From the human T2T-CHM13v2.0 reference genome, Homo sapiens: DNA of 64,000 bases. The number at the start of each line of letters is the position of its first letter. The stretch's first letter is position 1. The position numbers and the translations under genes were made by a program. Below, piece by piece: positions 42,140 through 56,700 of the stretch. Location of the stretch: the NCBI RefSeq assembly GCF_009914755.1, contig NC_060947.1, one strand, 5' to 3'. Under the pieces are notes generated by a model that saw nothing but the letters and a program-made list of their open reading frames with translations, was not told the DNA's origin and did no database searches.

Positions 42140-42445
42140 CAGTTTTGCTCTTGCCCTCTTAGAATGCTGTTCTGAGACTTCCATGTGAAGAAGCTGTCTT
42201 AGCCTATTGGAAAATGAGAGACCACATGAAGACCTGAGGTGGCACAGCCAATGCTAGCACCAACTGCAAAATCTATGAGTGATACCATCTTGACTCCTAC
42301 AGCCATTATAGCTGCCACCTAACCATACAAATAAGATGGATGAGAACAGAATAGTCAGCTCACAAGTTTGTAAGTAATAGTAATTTGGTATGTTTTACAC
42401 CAATAAACTTTGTAATAGTTTGCTAAATAGCAGTAGCTAGCTGGA
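42140..42445 (+). mobile_element. MLT1 (MaLR) LTR fragment
   Basis: ccatgtgaagaagct..cttagcctattggaaaatgagagaccacatg...gccaatgctagcaccaactgc. Confidence 0.65.
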
Positions 42446-43754
42446 GCAGTCAACCTGGGTGAAACTGAAGAAAAACATGCAGTTAGATGAATAAATTGGA
42501 GAAAAATTGAGACACATTTTGATGCATATATTTGGGTGGTAGAATGGAACAGAGGGGAATGGAATGAATGTGTTAAATGACAAGAAATCCTAAATAACTT
42601 CAATGTTCTATGAGTTGACAGAGAAAGTAGGAATAGAAAAGGAGACTTAGAAGAAGTAGCCAAGGGGATAGGAGAAAAAGCAGAAAAATAAAATGTCACA
42701 GAACAAAATAAAATAGTTCACATAAAGAGTAGTAAATTGTATGAAAAACTTCTGATAGATGAAAAGTACATGAACATTCTAAAATAATCATTATATTTAG
42801 GGAGATCACATAAACAAAAATAAATGTGATATATATTATAATGAACTACTGAATGGATACATAAATTATTCAAAAAGTTTAAACTCTACATTATACAAAC
42901 ATCATTGATAATTGATTTAATATATTGGTAATCATTTTCATTTTTAAATGTATTGTTACTGTGCCCTTTACTATGTAATCTCCTAGTATGAAATTGTTTC
43001 TAAGAGAAAACAATATTTGCGTAAATTATTTCATCTTGAAGGTTTTTGTAGGAAAAACTAAGTTACAACTTTGAATAATTTATTTGATTAGGAAAAAAGT
43101 CTGGTACTCAAGAAGGGTAGTATGGCATTTGCCATTGTTGAAATAATTTTAGTCTGACAAACATACCTCTCAGAATTCTCTTATGAAAATTTACCTTTAA
43201 ATGCAAGAAATACTTCTTTAAAGCTGAAATATATTACCTCATTATTTTTCTCTGAAAGTAGACAACAGAAAACTCAATTACTTGAGTTTTCAAAATTTAC
43301 TTTTAAATTTATTTTATACATCTTAGCAATTCATAATGAATTCAAAGGGTACAGGAAATCAAATGCAACTTTATAACAAAAACACCTAGAAAAAGCAATC
43401 TAAGCATCTTGCATATGCCCATTTGATTATTTTACACTGTTGACACTTGTGAACATCAATATAAGACTATAATGGAGACTGACCTACAAATATGCTGCTT
43501 CCCTTACCTGTTTACATTTGAGCATTGTTCTGTGCTACTTCTCTACTTACTCACTCTTACTGTTTTGATGTTTAATTGTCAGAAGCATACATGAATCCAG
43601 AAATATATAGACCTTTTCAAGTTACTAAATTACTGTACATTGCCTCACTAGTCAAGTGAGGTTATTGATGTAAAGAAACTTACTGATGTAGCAGAAACAT
43701 TTTATCCTTCTGTGTGTTGAGCATTTATAATTACTTCAACTGAAACCCAAATAG

Positions 43755-43756
<2 letters not shown>

Positions 43757-43801
<45 letters not shown>
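43757..43801. repeat. (CA)n microsatellite
   Basis: Read directly. Confidence 0.97.
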
Positions 43802-43803
<2 letters not shown>

Positions 43804-44800
43804 TGTCACTACATCCTCTTCAACCCTTTAATTCTAGCGCAAGTTGCCATAACAATCTCAGGTTTCAATGAAAGGTGTATGGAAAGATTTATAGTTGAAA
43901 ACGATGAAGTTAACTTGGCATTTTCTCTATTTTTTCTCATAAATCACTGAAAAGCAAACAGTATGGAAGAAAAAAATACAAACTATATCTGCAAAGAAAC
44001 TAAAAGGTGCCTCAAATTTCAAAGGCTAAAATAAGAGAAAGTCTGCAAAAGTATTGATGGGCAAGTAAAATTGAGGGGATTCAAGGAGACGGAATGCAGA
44101 CCTTAGTGAAATCTGGCAAGTAAATGGCATAGCCTGAAATACAAAATCAATGTTCATTTGTTTGTCACATCAAAAAGATTGAGTGATGGTAGTAACTGAA
44201 GCTTTTCTGGGCCACATTAAACATAAAGTCTTGAGAAGCTGTGAAAATGAGGCTGAATATAATATAAACATGCAACATTTACAGGAAATTGACTACCAAT
44301 AATTCAGGGAAAAAAAGAAAGATTCTGCCTACGCTGATTCTAGTTTATTGACTCTGAAAATAGCACACTCACAACCCTTTGGCATCAGGAAAATATCCGA
44401 GAGTTTAGATTATCATCTTTCTCCCACCCTCATGCAGGTTTTCTAAATAAACTTATCTTAGGAAAAAATGTAGCTCATTAAGAACTATGTAAAAAAAATT
44501 AAATTTTGGTTTAAACTCTGACATATGAAATACTTAGAAGTTGTCACTCCTGTCCTTATAAGAAAAAGCTGAACACATTGAAAAAAAAAAAAGTAATTTC
44601 AATGAATCGCAAAAGGCTGAGTGTGGACCACCATTAAGAGTGACAAATTCCTGGGGATATAATCTTTAGGGTGCATCCAGACTATTGTAGATTTTGCCTC
44701 CAGGAATTTGATGAGGTTTTCATAGCCAGAAGACAAGAAAGACTCATCTTCATTCTGGTAAAAGAGGAGAAGAGTAACCACTTTGAAATACACCCACAGA

Positions 44801-44868
44801 ATTTTTTTAAATTACACTTTAAGTTCTGGGATACATGTGCAGAGCGTGCAGGTTTGTTACATAGGTAA
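44801..44868 (-). mobile_element. Very short (~65 bp) L1PA 3' tip
   Basis: tttttttaaattacactttaagttctgggatacatgtgcagagcgtgcaggtttgttacataggta. Confidence 0.85.
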
Positions 44869-45718
44869 CAATTTATGAATTTCTTCATAACAAAATCCTA
44901 CCAAACTTTAGCAGAGCCTTAGGCCACCTGGGAGAAGGGTATTTCTTTCAATCTAGAACCACCTATTCTTCCTGTTTTATCTAAGGAAAGAAAAAGCCAA
45001 GGAATATTTGGAAAGTCACAGCCTAAAGACGCAGGCCCACTAAGAGACTGAGATTTAATCATAATATTATAGAATACTTCTGCTACTCTACATCTTACTA
45101 CCACACAACAGGGATCCAGTATAGTAACAGTGGATTATAGCTGAAAGAACTACAAGATACAGACTGTCTGAGGAGAAGTACCTAGGGAAGTCCAAAGGCA
45201 AGAAGGTATATGAAAACAAAGACACCAGAGGATTTTGAAGACTTTGGCACCTACAGCTACAGCAAACATTCTAAAAAGTTCAACTACTAGCCAAGTTAAC
45301 ATAAATCCTAACACTAGAAGGCATTTATCTCAGATCCTATTACCTGACACGTCTGGCTTTAAACAGAAAATTTCAAGGCACACCAAAATACAAGAACAAA
45401 ACAAAGTCTAAAGATACAAACCATTCATTAGAAATAAACTCAAATATTACAAAGATGGGATTATCAGACAGTTTAAAATAACAATGATTAATAAGTTAAA
45501 AGTTCTAATGGAAAAAGTAGACAATTTGGAAGAACAGATGGGTACCATAAGCAGAGAGACTGAAACTCTACAAAACAATCTTAAGGAAGTATTGAAAATA
45601 AACACTGTTACAGAAATGAAGAATGTATTGGATAAACTAATTAGTAGAATAGACACTGCTGAGGATAGAATCAGTGAGTTGGAAACAGGTCAATAAAAAC
45701 TTCCAAAACTTAAATTCA

Positions 45719-46100
<382 letters not shown>

Positions 46101-48027
46101 TTAATAACTATGGGACAATAACAATAGATATAACGTATGTATAATGGGAATATCAAAAGCAGAAAGGAAGAAAAAAATTAATTAATGATAACTGAGAATT
46201 TTCCAGACACCAAACCACAGATCCAGGAGGCCAGAGAATATAAAACAGAAAATAAAATCAAAGAAAAATAAGAAACTACACTTGGGGAAATCATATTCAA
46301 ACAAACAAACAAACAAAAAAAGACCAAGAGAAAATCTTGATGAAAACCAAATAAATAAAGTGCATTGCCAATAGATGGACAAATGAAACAAATTCAATGG
46401 ATTTCTCATCTGAAATCATGCAAGCAATAAGAGAGTGAAATAAAATATTTAATATAATGAAAGAAAAAAGAAACAGCAACCCAGAATTATTTACTCAGTG
46501 AACTTGTTCTTCCAAAGTGAAGGAGAAATAAAAACTTTTTCAAACAAAAATGAGGAACTTCATCACTAACAGATCTGTCCAGAAATAAATGTTAAAAGTA
46601 GCTATTCAGAGAGCATGAAAATGATATAGATCAGAAAGGTTAATCTACAAAAGAAAAGAAAACATCAGAAAATGAATAAAGGAGAATAAAATAAAATTTT
46701 TAAATTAATCTTATTCTTAATTGAGATAACATAACTTTCTTGAAATCAATAATAATAATGTATTGGATGATTATAGTAAATGGATAAGTGAAACGAATGA
46801 CAGCAACATTGCAAGGGATGGGAGGGAGGACTTGGGAATACTCTGTTAGAATGTATCTAAGTACATATAAAATGATAGAGTGTTATGTGATACTGAACTT
46901 AGTTAAAACTACATACTGCTAACTCCAGGGCAACCACTGAAAACAGTTTTTTAAAAAGTTGAAACTGATACGCGAACAGGGAGATAAAATGAGTTCATCT
47001 AAGATTTTCATTGGAAACATAGAAGGCAGAAAATAAGGGAAAAAATGCAATAAATAGAAAATAGTTATACATATAGTACATATTAATACAAATCTATCAA
47101 TGATAACTTTAAATGTGACTAGACTAAAATATACCAATTGAAAGACAGACACAATCAGAGTGAATAAAAAACAAGGATCATGTATATATCATCTACAAGA
47201 ATCTCACTTTAAATAAAAACAAATAGGTTGAAAGTAAAGAAATGGAGAATTATATACTATGTTAATACTAATCAAAGGAAAGCCTGGATAGCTATATTAA
47301 TTTCATATAAAGCAGACATGAGAACAAGGATGATAAACAGGAATACAAAGTGCCATTTTACAATGAAAAAGGGGCCAATTATCCAAAAAGTCTAAACAAT
47401 GCTATGTGTATGCATGTGAAAACAGTGTCAAAATATGTGATGCCAAAAAACTGTTAGAAATGCAAGAAGAAATAAATAAATATACTATTATAGTTGCTTG
47501 GAAACATCAACATCCTCTCTCAGTAATCGATACATCAAACAGAAAGAAAACAGTAATTGACCTAAACAGAAGTATCAAACGATTTGATATAATAGACACA
47601 AAGACATACCCCATCCAACCACAGTAGAATGCACATTCTTCTCAGGTTTGCTTAGAACTTTCACTAAAAAACAATATTCTTGATAATAAAACACCCCTTT
47701 ACAAATTTGTTAAAAATAAAAATCATAAAATTATGTTCTCAGACAATGGAATTAAGCTAGAAATAAATACCATAAAGAGAGCTGAAAAATCTGCAAGTAT
47801 CTGGAGATTTAACAACATATTTCTAAATAACAAAAAGACCAAAGAAGAAAACTGAAGAAAAAAATAAAATATTTTGAGTGACATGAATATAAAATTATAG
47901 ACCAAAAAAATTTGAGAGGTGCAGTAAAAATAGTGCTTAAATGGAAGTATATGGCACTAAATTGATATAATAGAAAAGAAGAAAGATACAGAATCAAAAA
48001 TCTAAGCTTCCACCTTAGAAAACTCAA

Positions 48028-49470
48028 GAGGAAGTCAAATTATCCCTGTTTTCAGACCACATGATCCTGTATCTAGGAAATTTCATAGTCTCAGCCCAAA
48101 AGCTCCTTAATCTGATAAACAACTTCAGCAAAATCTCAGAATACAAGATCAACGTGCAAAAATCACAAACATTCCTATATACCAACAACAGTCAAGCCAA
48201 GAGCCAAATCACAAATTCAATCCCATTCAAAATTGCCACACACAGAATAAAATAAAACAACTAGGAATACAGCTAAACAGGGAGGTGAAAGATTTCTACA
48301 AGGAGAACTACAAACCATTTCTCAAAGAAATAAGAGATGACATAAATAAATGGGAAAACATTCCGTGCTCATGGATAGAAGAAATCAATATTGTTAAAAT
48401 GGCCATACTGCCCAAAGCAATTTATAGATTCAATGCTATGCCTATTAAATTACCACTGACACTCTTCACAGAACTAGAAAAAAATATTTTAAAATTTATG
48501 TGGAACCAAAGAAAGGCTGAATAGCCAAGGCACTCCTAAAGCAGCGGGGGCGGAAAGCTGGAGGCATCATGCTATCCCACTACCCAACTTCAAACTATAC
48601 TGCAGAGCAGTAAGCAAAACAGCATGGTGCTGGTACAAGAACAGACACATAGACCAATGGAACAGAATAGACAACCCAGAAATAAGACCACACACCTAGA
48701 GCTATCTGATCTTCAACAAACTTGACAAAACCAAGCAGTGGGGAAAGGAATCCCTATGTAATAAATGGTGCTCGGAAAACTGGCTAGCCATATGTGGAAG
48801 ATTGAAACTGGATCCCTTCCTTATACCATATACAAAGACTAACTCAAGATGGATGAAAGACTTAAATGTAAAACCAAAAACTATAAAATCCCTGGAGGAA
48901 AATCTAGGTGATACCATTCTGGACATAAGAATTGGCACAGATTTCATGCCGAAGACACAAAAGGCAATTGCAACAAAAACAAAGATTGACAAATGAGATA
49001 TCATTAAATTAAGGAGCTCCTGCACAGCAAAGGAAACTATCAACAGATTAAATAGAGAACCTACAGGATGGGAGAAAATGTTTGCAAACTATGCATCTGA
49101 AAAAGGTCTAATATTCAGCATCTATAAGGAACTTAAATTTACAAGAAAACAAAACAAAACAAAAAAATTAAAAATTGGCCAAAGGACATGAACACTTTTC
49201 AAAAGAAGACATAAATGTGGCTAACAATCATATGAAAAACAGCTCAGCATCACTGACCATTAGAGAAATTCAAATCAATACCACAATGAGATACCATCTT
49301 GCACCAGTCAGAAAGGCTTTTATTAAAAAGTCAAAAAATAACAGATGCTGCTGAGGCAGTGGAGAAAAAGGAACACTTATACATTGCTGGTGGGAGTGTA
49401 AATGAATTCAACCATTGTGGAAGACAGTGTGGTGATTCCTCAAGGATGTAAAAAGAGAAATACTATTCAG
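48028..49470 (+). mobile_element. Older primate L1P ORF2 segment (RT to Cys region), truncated at both ends
   Basis: ORFs 48061-48255, 48285-48524 and 48802-48996 match ORF2p. Confidence 0.85.
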
Positions 49471-49479
49471 CTATGGAAA

Positions 49480-50090
49480 TAATTATAATAATTCTCTAGT
49501 ATGTCTTTCAGACAGTAGAAGCAGAGGGAACATTTCTAATTTATTCTTTGCTATCATTACTGTAATACCAAAACCAGATAATGATATTACAGGAAAGAAA
49601 AATTATAGGACGAATTTCTCATGAACATAAATACATAAATGCAAAAATCCCCAACAAAGTGTTAGTGAATTAAATCCCACAATGTATCAAAATAATTAGA
49701 CATCATGAGCAAGTGGGATTTATTTTAAGTATGCAAGACTGGGATTTATTTTAAGTATGCATGACTGGGACTTACTTTAAGTATGCAAGACTGGTTAAAC
49801 ATCCAAAAGTAAATCAATATATTCTACCATATCAATAGGCCAAAGGAATAAAAGTCATATGATCATATGAATAAATGCAGAAAACACATATGACAAAAAC
49901 CAACACTCATGATTGCATCTCTGATGAAGAAAATTAAAGAACGTCTACATAAATAGAAAACTATTTCTTCTTGTAAGAGTGAGAAATTTAATATTGTTAA
50001 ATGTCACCTCTTCCCAACTGTATATACAGATTTAGTGCAATACAAATCAAACCAAGCTATTTTGTACATATGGACAAACTGATTCTAGTA
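49480..50090 (+). mobile_element. L1M ORF2 fragments
   Basis: aataccaaaaccagataatgatattacagg...gcaaaaatccccaacaaa...aatgcagaaaacacatatgacaaaa. Confidence 0.7.
49715..49793. repeat. 26-bp tandem triplication (gggatttattttaagtatgcaagact)x3
   Basis: Read directly; up to 2 mismatches per unit. Confidence 0.92.
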
Positions 50091-50110
50091 GAAGTTTTAT
50101 AGAACCCGAT

Positions 50111-52485
50111 ATGGGTAATTTATAAAGAAAAGAGGTTAAATTGATTCACAGTTCCACAGGCTATACAGGAGGCATGGTTGTGGGGGCCTCAGGAAACTTA
50201 CAGTCATGGAAGAAGGGCAAATGGGAAGCAACCATGTCTTCACATGGTGACAGGAGAGAGAGAGAGAGAGAGCGAAGGGGAAAGCACTACACACTTTTAA
50301 ACTACATGATCTTATGAGAACTCATTCACTGTCACAAGAATAGGGAGGGGGAAGCCTGCCCCATGATTCAATCACCTTCTTTTAGGCCCCTCCTCCAACA
50401 CATGGGATTGCAACTCAACATGTAATTTGAGTGGGGACACAAAGCCAAACCATATTATTCCAGCACTGGCCCATCCCAAATCTCATGTCTTTCTTACATT
50501 TCAAAACACAATTATGCCTTCCCATCAAACCCCCAAAATCTTAACTCATTCCAGTATTAACTCAAAAGTCCATGTCCAAAGTCTCTTGACTTTGACATGG
50601 ACTTTTGAGTTAATGCTGGAATCCTTCTTGAGACAAGTTGAGACAAGATGAGTTAATGCTCATCCTTCTTGAGACAAGCCAAGTCCCTTCTGCCTATGAG
50701 CCTGTAAAATAAAAAACAAGTTAGTTACTTTCAAGATACAATGGGGATACAGGCATTGGGAAATGGTCCCATTCCAAAAGGTAGAGATTTTCCAACACAA
50801 AGGGGCTACAAGCCACATGCAAGTCTGAAGCCAGCAGGGCAGTCATTAAATCTTAAAGTCCCAAAATAATCTCCTTTGATCCCATGTCTCACATCCAGGC
50901 CACACTGATGTGAGGGGTGGGCTCCCAAGTTCTTGGGGAGCTTAGTCCCTGTGGCTTTGCAGCATACAGCCCCCATGGCTACCTTCATTGGCTGGCGTTG
51001 AGTGCTAGTGGCTTTACCAGGTGCAAAGTGCAAGCTGTTGGTGGGTTCTACCATTCTGGGTTCTGGAGGATGGTGGCCTTCTTCTCACAGCTCCACTAGG
51101 CAGTGCCTCAGTGGGGACTCTATGTGGGGGCTCCAACCACACATTTCCCTTCTGCACTGCCCTAGTGAAGGTTCTCCATGAGGGCTCAAGCCCTGAAGCA
51201 GACCTCTGCCTGGACATCTAGATGTTTTTGTACATTCTCTGAAATCCAGGTGGAGGCTCCCAAACCTCACCTCTTGCTTTCTGTGCACCTGCAGGCTCAG
51301 CACCACATGGAAGCCATCAAGGCTTGGGGCTTGCACCCTCTGAAGCAATGATCCAAGCTGTACCTTGGCCCCTTTTAGCCATGGCTGGAGCTGGAGTTGC
51401 TGGGACACAGGATGCCACGTCCTAAGGGTGCACAGAGCAACAGGGCCCATGAAACCACTTTTTCCTCTTAGACCACTGGGTCTGTGATGGGAGGGGCTAT
51501 CTGAAATGCCCTGGAGGCATTTTCCCCATTATCTTGGCCATTAACATTTGACTCCTCTTTACTTATGCAAACTTCTGCAAACTTCTGCAGCTGGCTTGAA
51601 TTTCTCCTTGGAAAATTTTTTTTTTCTTTTTTACCACATGGTCAGGCTGCAAACTTTCCAAACTTTTATGCTCTCCTTTCCATTTAAATACAAGTTCCAG
51701 TTTCAGATCATCTCTGTTCATGTATATGACCGTGAGAAGCAGCCAGGTCACACCTTGAATGCTTTGCTGCTTAGAAATTTCTTCTGACAGATACCCTAAA
51801 TCATCTCTCTCAATTTCAAAGTTCCACAGATCTCTAGAGCAGGGACATAATGCCCCCAGGCTCTTTGATAAAGCATAGCAAGAGTGACCTTTACTCCAGT
51901 TCCCAATAAGTTCTTCATCTCCATCTGAGACCAACTCATCCCGGACTTCGCTGTCCATGTCACTAACAGCATTTTTGTCACAACCTTTCAACAAGTCTCT
52001 AGGAAGCTCCAAACTTTCCCATCTTCCTTCTTCTTATGAGCCCTCCAAACTGTTCCAAACTCTGCCCATTACACAATTCCAAAGTCACTTCCACATTTTC
52101 AGGTATCTTTATAGTAATGCCCCACTTCTCTGGTATCAATTTTCTGTATTAGTCTGTTTTCACACTGCTATAAAGAGCTACCTGAGACTGGGAAATTTAT
52201 AAAGAAAAGAGGTTTAATTGACTCAAAGTTCCATAGACTGACTGTACAGGAGGTATGGCTGGGGACACATCCTCAGATGGTGGCAGGCGAGAGAGAGAGT
52301 GAAGAAGGAAGTGCTACACACTTTTAAACAACCAGATTTCATAAGAACTCAGTCACTGTCATAAGAACAGCAAGGGGGAAGTCTGCCCCATGTTTCAACC
52401 ACCTCACAGCAGGCCACTCCTCCAACACCTGGGGATTACAATTCAACATGAGGTTTTGGTGGGGACACAAAACCAAAGCATATCA
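50111..52485 (-). mobile_element. Near-complete MSTA-like MaLR provirus: 5' LTR 52145-52485, internal 50458-52144, 3' LTR 50111-50457 (tip missing)
   Basis: Two homologous LTRs (aatttataaagaaaagaggt...ggggacaca..ccaaa.catat.a) flank a typical MST-int. Decayed gag-like ORF 51563-52012 (ELVSDGDEELIGNWSKGHSCYAL). Confidence 0.92.
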
Positions 52486-53730
52486 GAGTCCTGTTCCCAT
52501 TGCTTATTACTGTCAACTTTGTCAAAGATCAGAAGGCTACAGGTGTGTGGCTTTACTTCTAAGTTTCTCTAACCTGTTCCATTGGTTTATATGTCTGTTT
52601 TTGTATAAGTATTATGCCATTTTGATAGCTGTAGCCTTGATGAATAGTTTGAAGTTTGGTAATGTGATGCCTCCACCTTGTTCTTTTTGCTTAGAATTGC
52701 TCTGACTATTCAGGCTTTTATTGGGTTTCATGTAAATATTAGAATAGTTTTTTCTAATTCTATGAAAAATGACATTGGTAGTTTGAAAGGAATAGCAGCA
52801 TGGCCATTTTAACAATATTGATTCTTCCTATCCGTTAGCATGAAATGTTTTTCCATTTTGTTTGTGTCATCTCTGATTTCTTCAAGTAATGTTTTGTAAC
52901 TCTCCTTGTAGGGAACTTTCACCTCCTGGGTTAGTTGTATTCCTGTTTTTTTGTTTTGTTTTGTTTTTGGTTTTTTTTTTTGTTTTTTGATTTTTGTGTT
53001 TTTGTAGCAATTGTGAATGGGATTGCATTCCTGATTTGGCCCTCAGCTTGGACTATATTGGTGTATAGAAATGCACTGATTTTTGTACATTGATTTTGTA
53101 TCCTGAAACTGTACTGAATTTTATCAATTCAAGGATCATTTGGGCAGAGAATGGGGTATTCTAGGTATAGAATCATATCATCTGTGAAGACATATTTTTA
53201 CTTTCTTTCTTTCTATTTTGATGCCTTTTATTTCATTCTCTTGCCTGATTGCTTTGGCTATGACTTCTGGTACTATGTTGAATAAGAGTGGTGAGAATTG
53301 GCATCCTTGTCTTGTCCCAGTACTTAAGGGAAATGCTTCCACTTTTCACCTGTTCAGTATGACATTGGATGTGGGTTTGTCAAGGACATCACTTATTATT
53401 TTGAGGTGTGATCCTTCAATTCCTAGTTTTTTGAGAGTTTTTAACATGAAGAAATTTTGAATTTTTATCAAAAGCCTTTTCTGCATCTGTTGAGATGGTC
53501 ACGTGGCTATTGTTTTTAGTTCTGTTCATTTGATGAATCACATTTATTGAGTTGCACATGTTTAACCAACCTTGCCTCCCAGAAATAATGCCTACTTGAT
53601 TGTGGTAGATTAGCTTTTTGATGTGCTGCTGGATTTGGTTTCTAGTATTTTATTGAGAATTTTTGCATCTATATTCAACAGGTATATTGATCTGAAGTTT
53701 TCTTCTTTCATTGTGTCTCTGCCAGGTTTC
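52486..53730 (-). mobile_element. Older primate L1P ORF2 segment
   Basis: Antisense ORF2 from [22 protein letters not shown] to the KQW..DS region. Confidence 0.85.
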
Positions 53731-56700
53731 AGAGGAAAACTAGCTAAAATATAAAGACACAAATAGGTTAAAAGTGAAAATAAAGACAAAGATATTCCAT
53801 GCAAATTATAAACAAAAGAGATGGCTACACTAATATCAGACAAAATAGACTTTATGTCAAAAACTTTTACAAGACAAAGAACAATAATAAAAGTGTTCAT
53901 TTTTAAGAAGATATAAGAATATAAATACATAGGCATCAAACATTAAAGCTCAAAAAAATAAAGTGAAATTAACAAAATTGAAGTGAGAAATAGATAGCTC
54001 TGCAATAATGGTAAAAGCCTTTAATTCTCACCTTCAATAATACATAGAACAACCAGAGAGAAAATCAGTAAGAGAATAGAGGACTTGAACAGCACTATAG
54101 ACCACTTAGATCTAACAAACATATACAGAACACTTTATGCAACGGCAACAGAGTACAAATTTTTCTCAAGTGTACATGAAAAACTCTCTAGTATAGATCA
54201 TGTTAGGCCACAAAACAAGTCTTTCTAAATTTTAAAAGATTTAAATCATACAAAGTATTTTACCCAATCACTATGAATTAAAACTAGAAATCCATAGCAG
54301 AAAGAAAACTGAGAAATTCCCAAATATGTGAAAGTTAAGCAGCATAATCTTAAATAGCAAATGGATAAAAGAAAAATTCACAAGGGAAATTGGAAAATAT
54401 CTTGAGACAATTAAAAATGAAAACACAACATACCAAAATTTATTGGATGCAGTAAAAGCAGTGCTATGAAAAATATTTATGGCTGCAAATACTTAGATTA
54501 AAAAAGAAGAAATATCTCAAATAAACAACCTTTCGTTCCCCAAGGTACTAGAAAAAGAGGAGCAAATTAAACACAAGGTTAACAGAACAAAGAACATAAA
54601 AAAATTATATAAATAAAATAGACAATATGAAGCCAATAGAGTAAATTAATCACTATGTTCTTTGAGAAAAAATAATAATATGACAGATCTATAGACAGAT
54701 TGAGTGATAAAAAGAAACAATTGTCAAATAACTAAAATCAGAAATGAAACTTGGGTCATTAATACTAATTTTATATAAATAAAAGTGATTATAAAAGAGT
54801 GCTATGAAGAATTGTATATCAACAAATTGGATTACCTAAATGAAAGTGACAAATTTCTAGACACGCATGGCCTACCAAAACTAAATATTTTTGTAAAAGA
54901 TAGAAAATCTGAATGCACCTATAACTAATAATGATATCAAATCAGTGATAAAAAAAAAACCTTCTAACAAATAAAAGTCTAAAATCTGATGGCTTCACTG
55001 GTCAATTTTATCAAACATTTAAAGAATTAACACCAATATGTCTCAAAATCTTCCCCAAAATTGAACAAGAAGGAATACTTCTTAACTCATTCTATGAGGG
55101 CAACCTTACCTGATACCAAATCAAGGCAAAGACTGTAAAAGAAAACCACAGACCAACAATCCTTATGAATTCAAAAACTCTAAAAAAACTTTGTAAACCA
55201 AATTCAACAGCACATTACAAGAATTTATTACTGTGATGCAATGATGGTTCACAATACATAAATCAATCAATGTTAATATACCACATTAACAGAATGAAGA
55301 AAAACAAAATGGTCATCTTAATTAATATATAAAAAGCATTTGACAAAATTTAACAGATTTTCATGATAAAAACACTCAACATACTTGAAATTGAAAGAAA
55401 CTACGTTGACATAATAAAGGTCATATATAAAAACTCCACAGCTAACATTTTACTCAAATGTAAAAGCCTGGAAGCCTTTCTTCTAAGATCAGAAACAAGA
55501 CAAGCCTGATTTTGTCACTTCTATTCAATGTAGTAGTGAGATTTCTAGGCAGAGTAATTAGGCAAGAAAATAAAAGGCATACAAAAAGTTGTGTAATCTC
55601 TGATTACAGATGACATGATCCTCTATGTCTACATACCCTAAACATTCCACAAAAATGTATTGCACTAATAAAACAATTAGGCAAACATGTAGAACACAAA
55701 AATAATACACAAAATTAGTTGCTTTTCTATAAATTAAAAATAATCAATCTGATTAGAAAGTTATAAAAACAATTCCATTTATAACAGCATCAAAAATAAT
55801 AAAATTCTTAGGAATAAATTTAACCACAGACATGAAGGTCTTGTACACTGAAAACCACAAAATATTGTGGAAAAAAAATAGAAACAAAAAAATTTAAAAA
55901 TTCAAGTTTATTAATTTGAGGATATAATCTTGTGAAGATGTTAATACCATCCAAAGAGAGGTGAAAAATCAACGTAATCTCTCTCAAAATCCCAATGACA
56001 TTATTTCAGAAATAGAAAAATAATCGTAAAATTCATGTGGATGCTTAAGGGACCTGGAATAGCCGAAACAATGTTGAAAAAGAACAAAGTTGGAGGTCTC
56101 ATACTTCCTGATTTCAAATACTACTATGAATGACATTAATCAAAACAGTATGTTACCAGCATAAAAACAGATATACAAAACTCCAGAATAATATAGAGAG
56201 CCCAGACATACACCCTTGCATATATAGTCAAATGATTTTTGATAATAATTCTAAGACCATTCAATGGGGAAATAATAAGTTTTTCAACAAATTGTGTGGG
56301 GGAAAACTGGACATCCACGTGAAAAATAATGAAGTTAGACCCTTAACTTATACCATAGACAAAGAAAATTGATCAAAGACCTACATTTAAAAGCAGAAAC
56401 TATGATACTCCCAGAAGGAAGTAATATGGGGAAACCTTCATGATATTGTGTTTGGCAATAATTTCTTGGCTATGATACCAAAAGCACAGGCAATAACACA
56501 ACAAAAATAGGTAAGTTGGATTTCATCAAAATAAAATACATTTGTGCATCAAATGACACTATCAGGAGAGTAAAATGTCAATGTACAGAATAGAAGAAAA
56601 TATTCACAAATCATATATCTGGTACAGGCTTAACATTCAGGATATGTAAAGGACTCCTACAAGTCAACAGTAACAAAGCAAGCAACCCAATTCAAAAATG

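Noticed and set aside
43370-43560. Minus-strand donor (CAG|gtaagg at ~43508) and acceptor (~43386) defining a ~120-nt intron
   Set aside because: The flanking putative exons have stops in all frames nearby and there is no other support.
51563-52012. 149-aa ORF as a domesticated gene
   Set aside because: It is the standard decayed gag-like ORF of MaLR internal sequence, broken up downstream and with no sign of selection.
48028-53730. Plus-strand L1P (48028-49470) and minus-strand L1P (52486-53730) as halves of one twin-primed element
   Set aside because: They overlap extensively in ORF2 coordinates, are visibly diverged and share no TSD.
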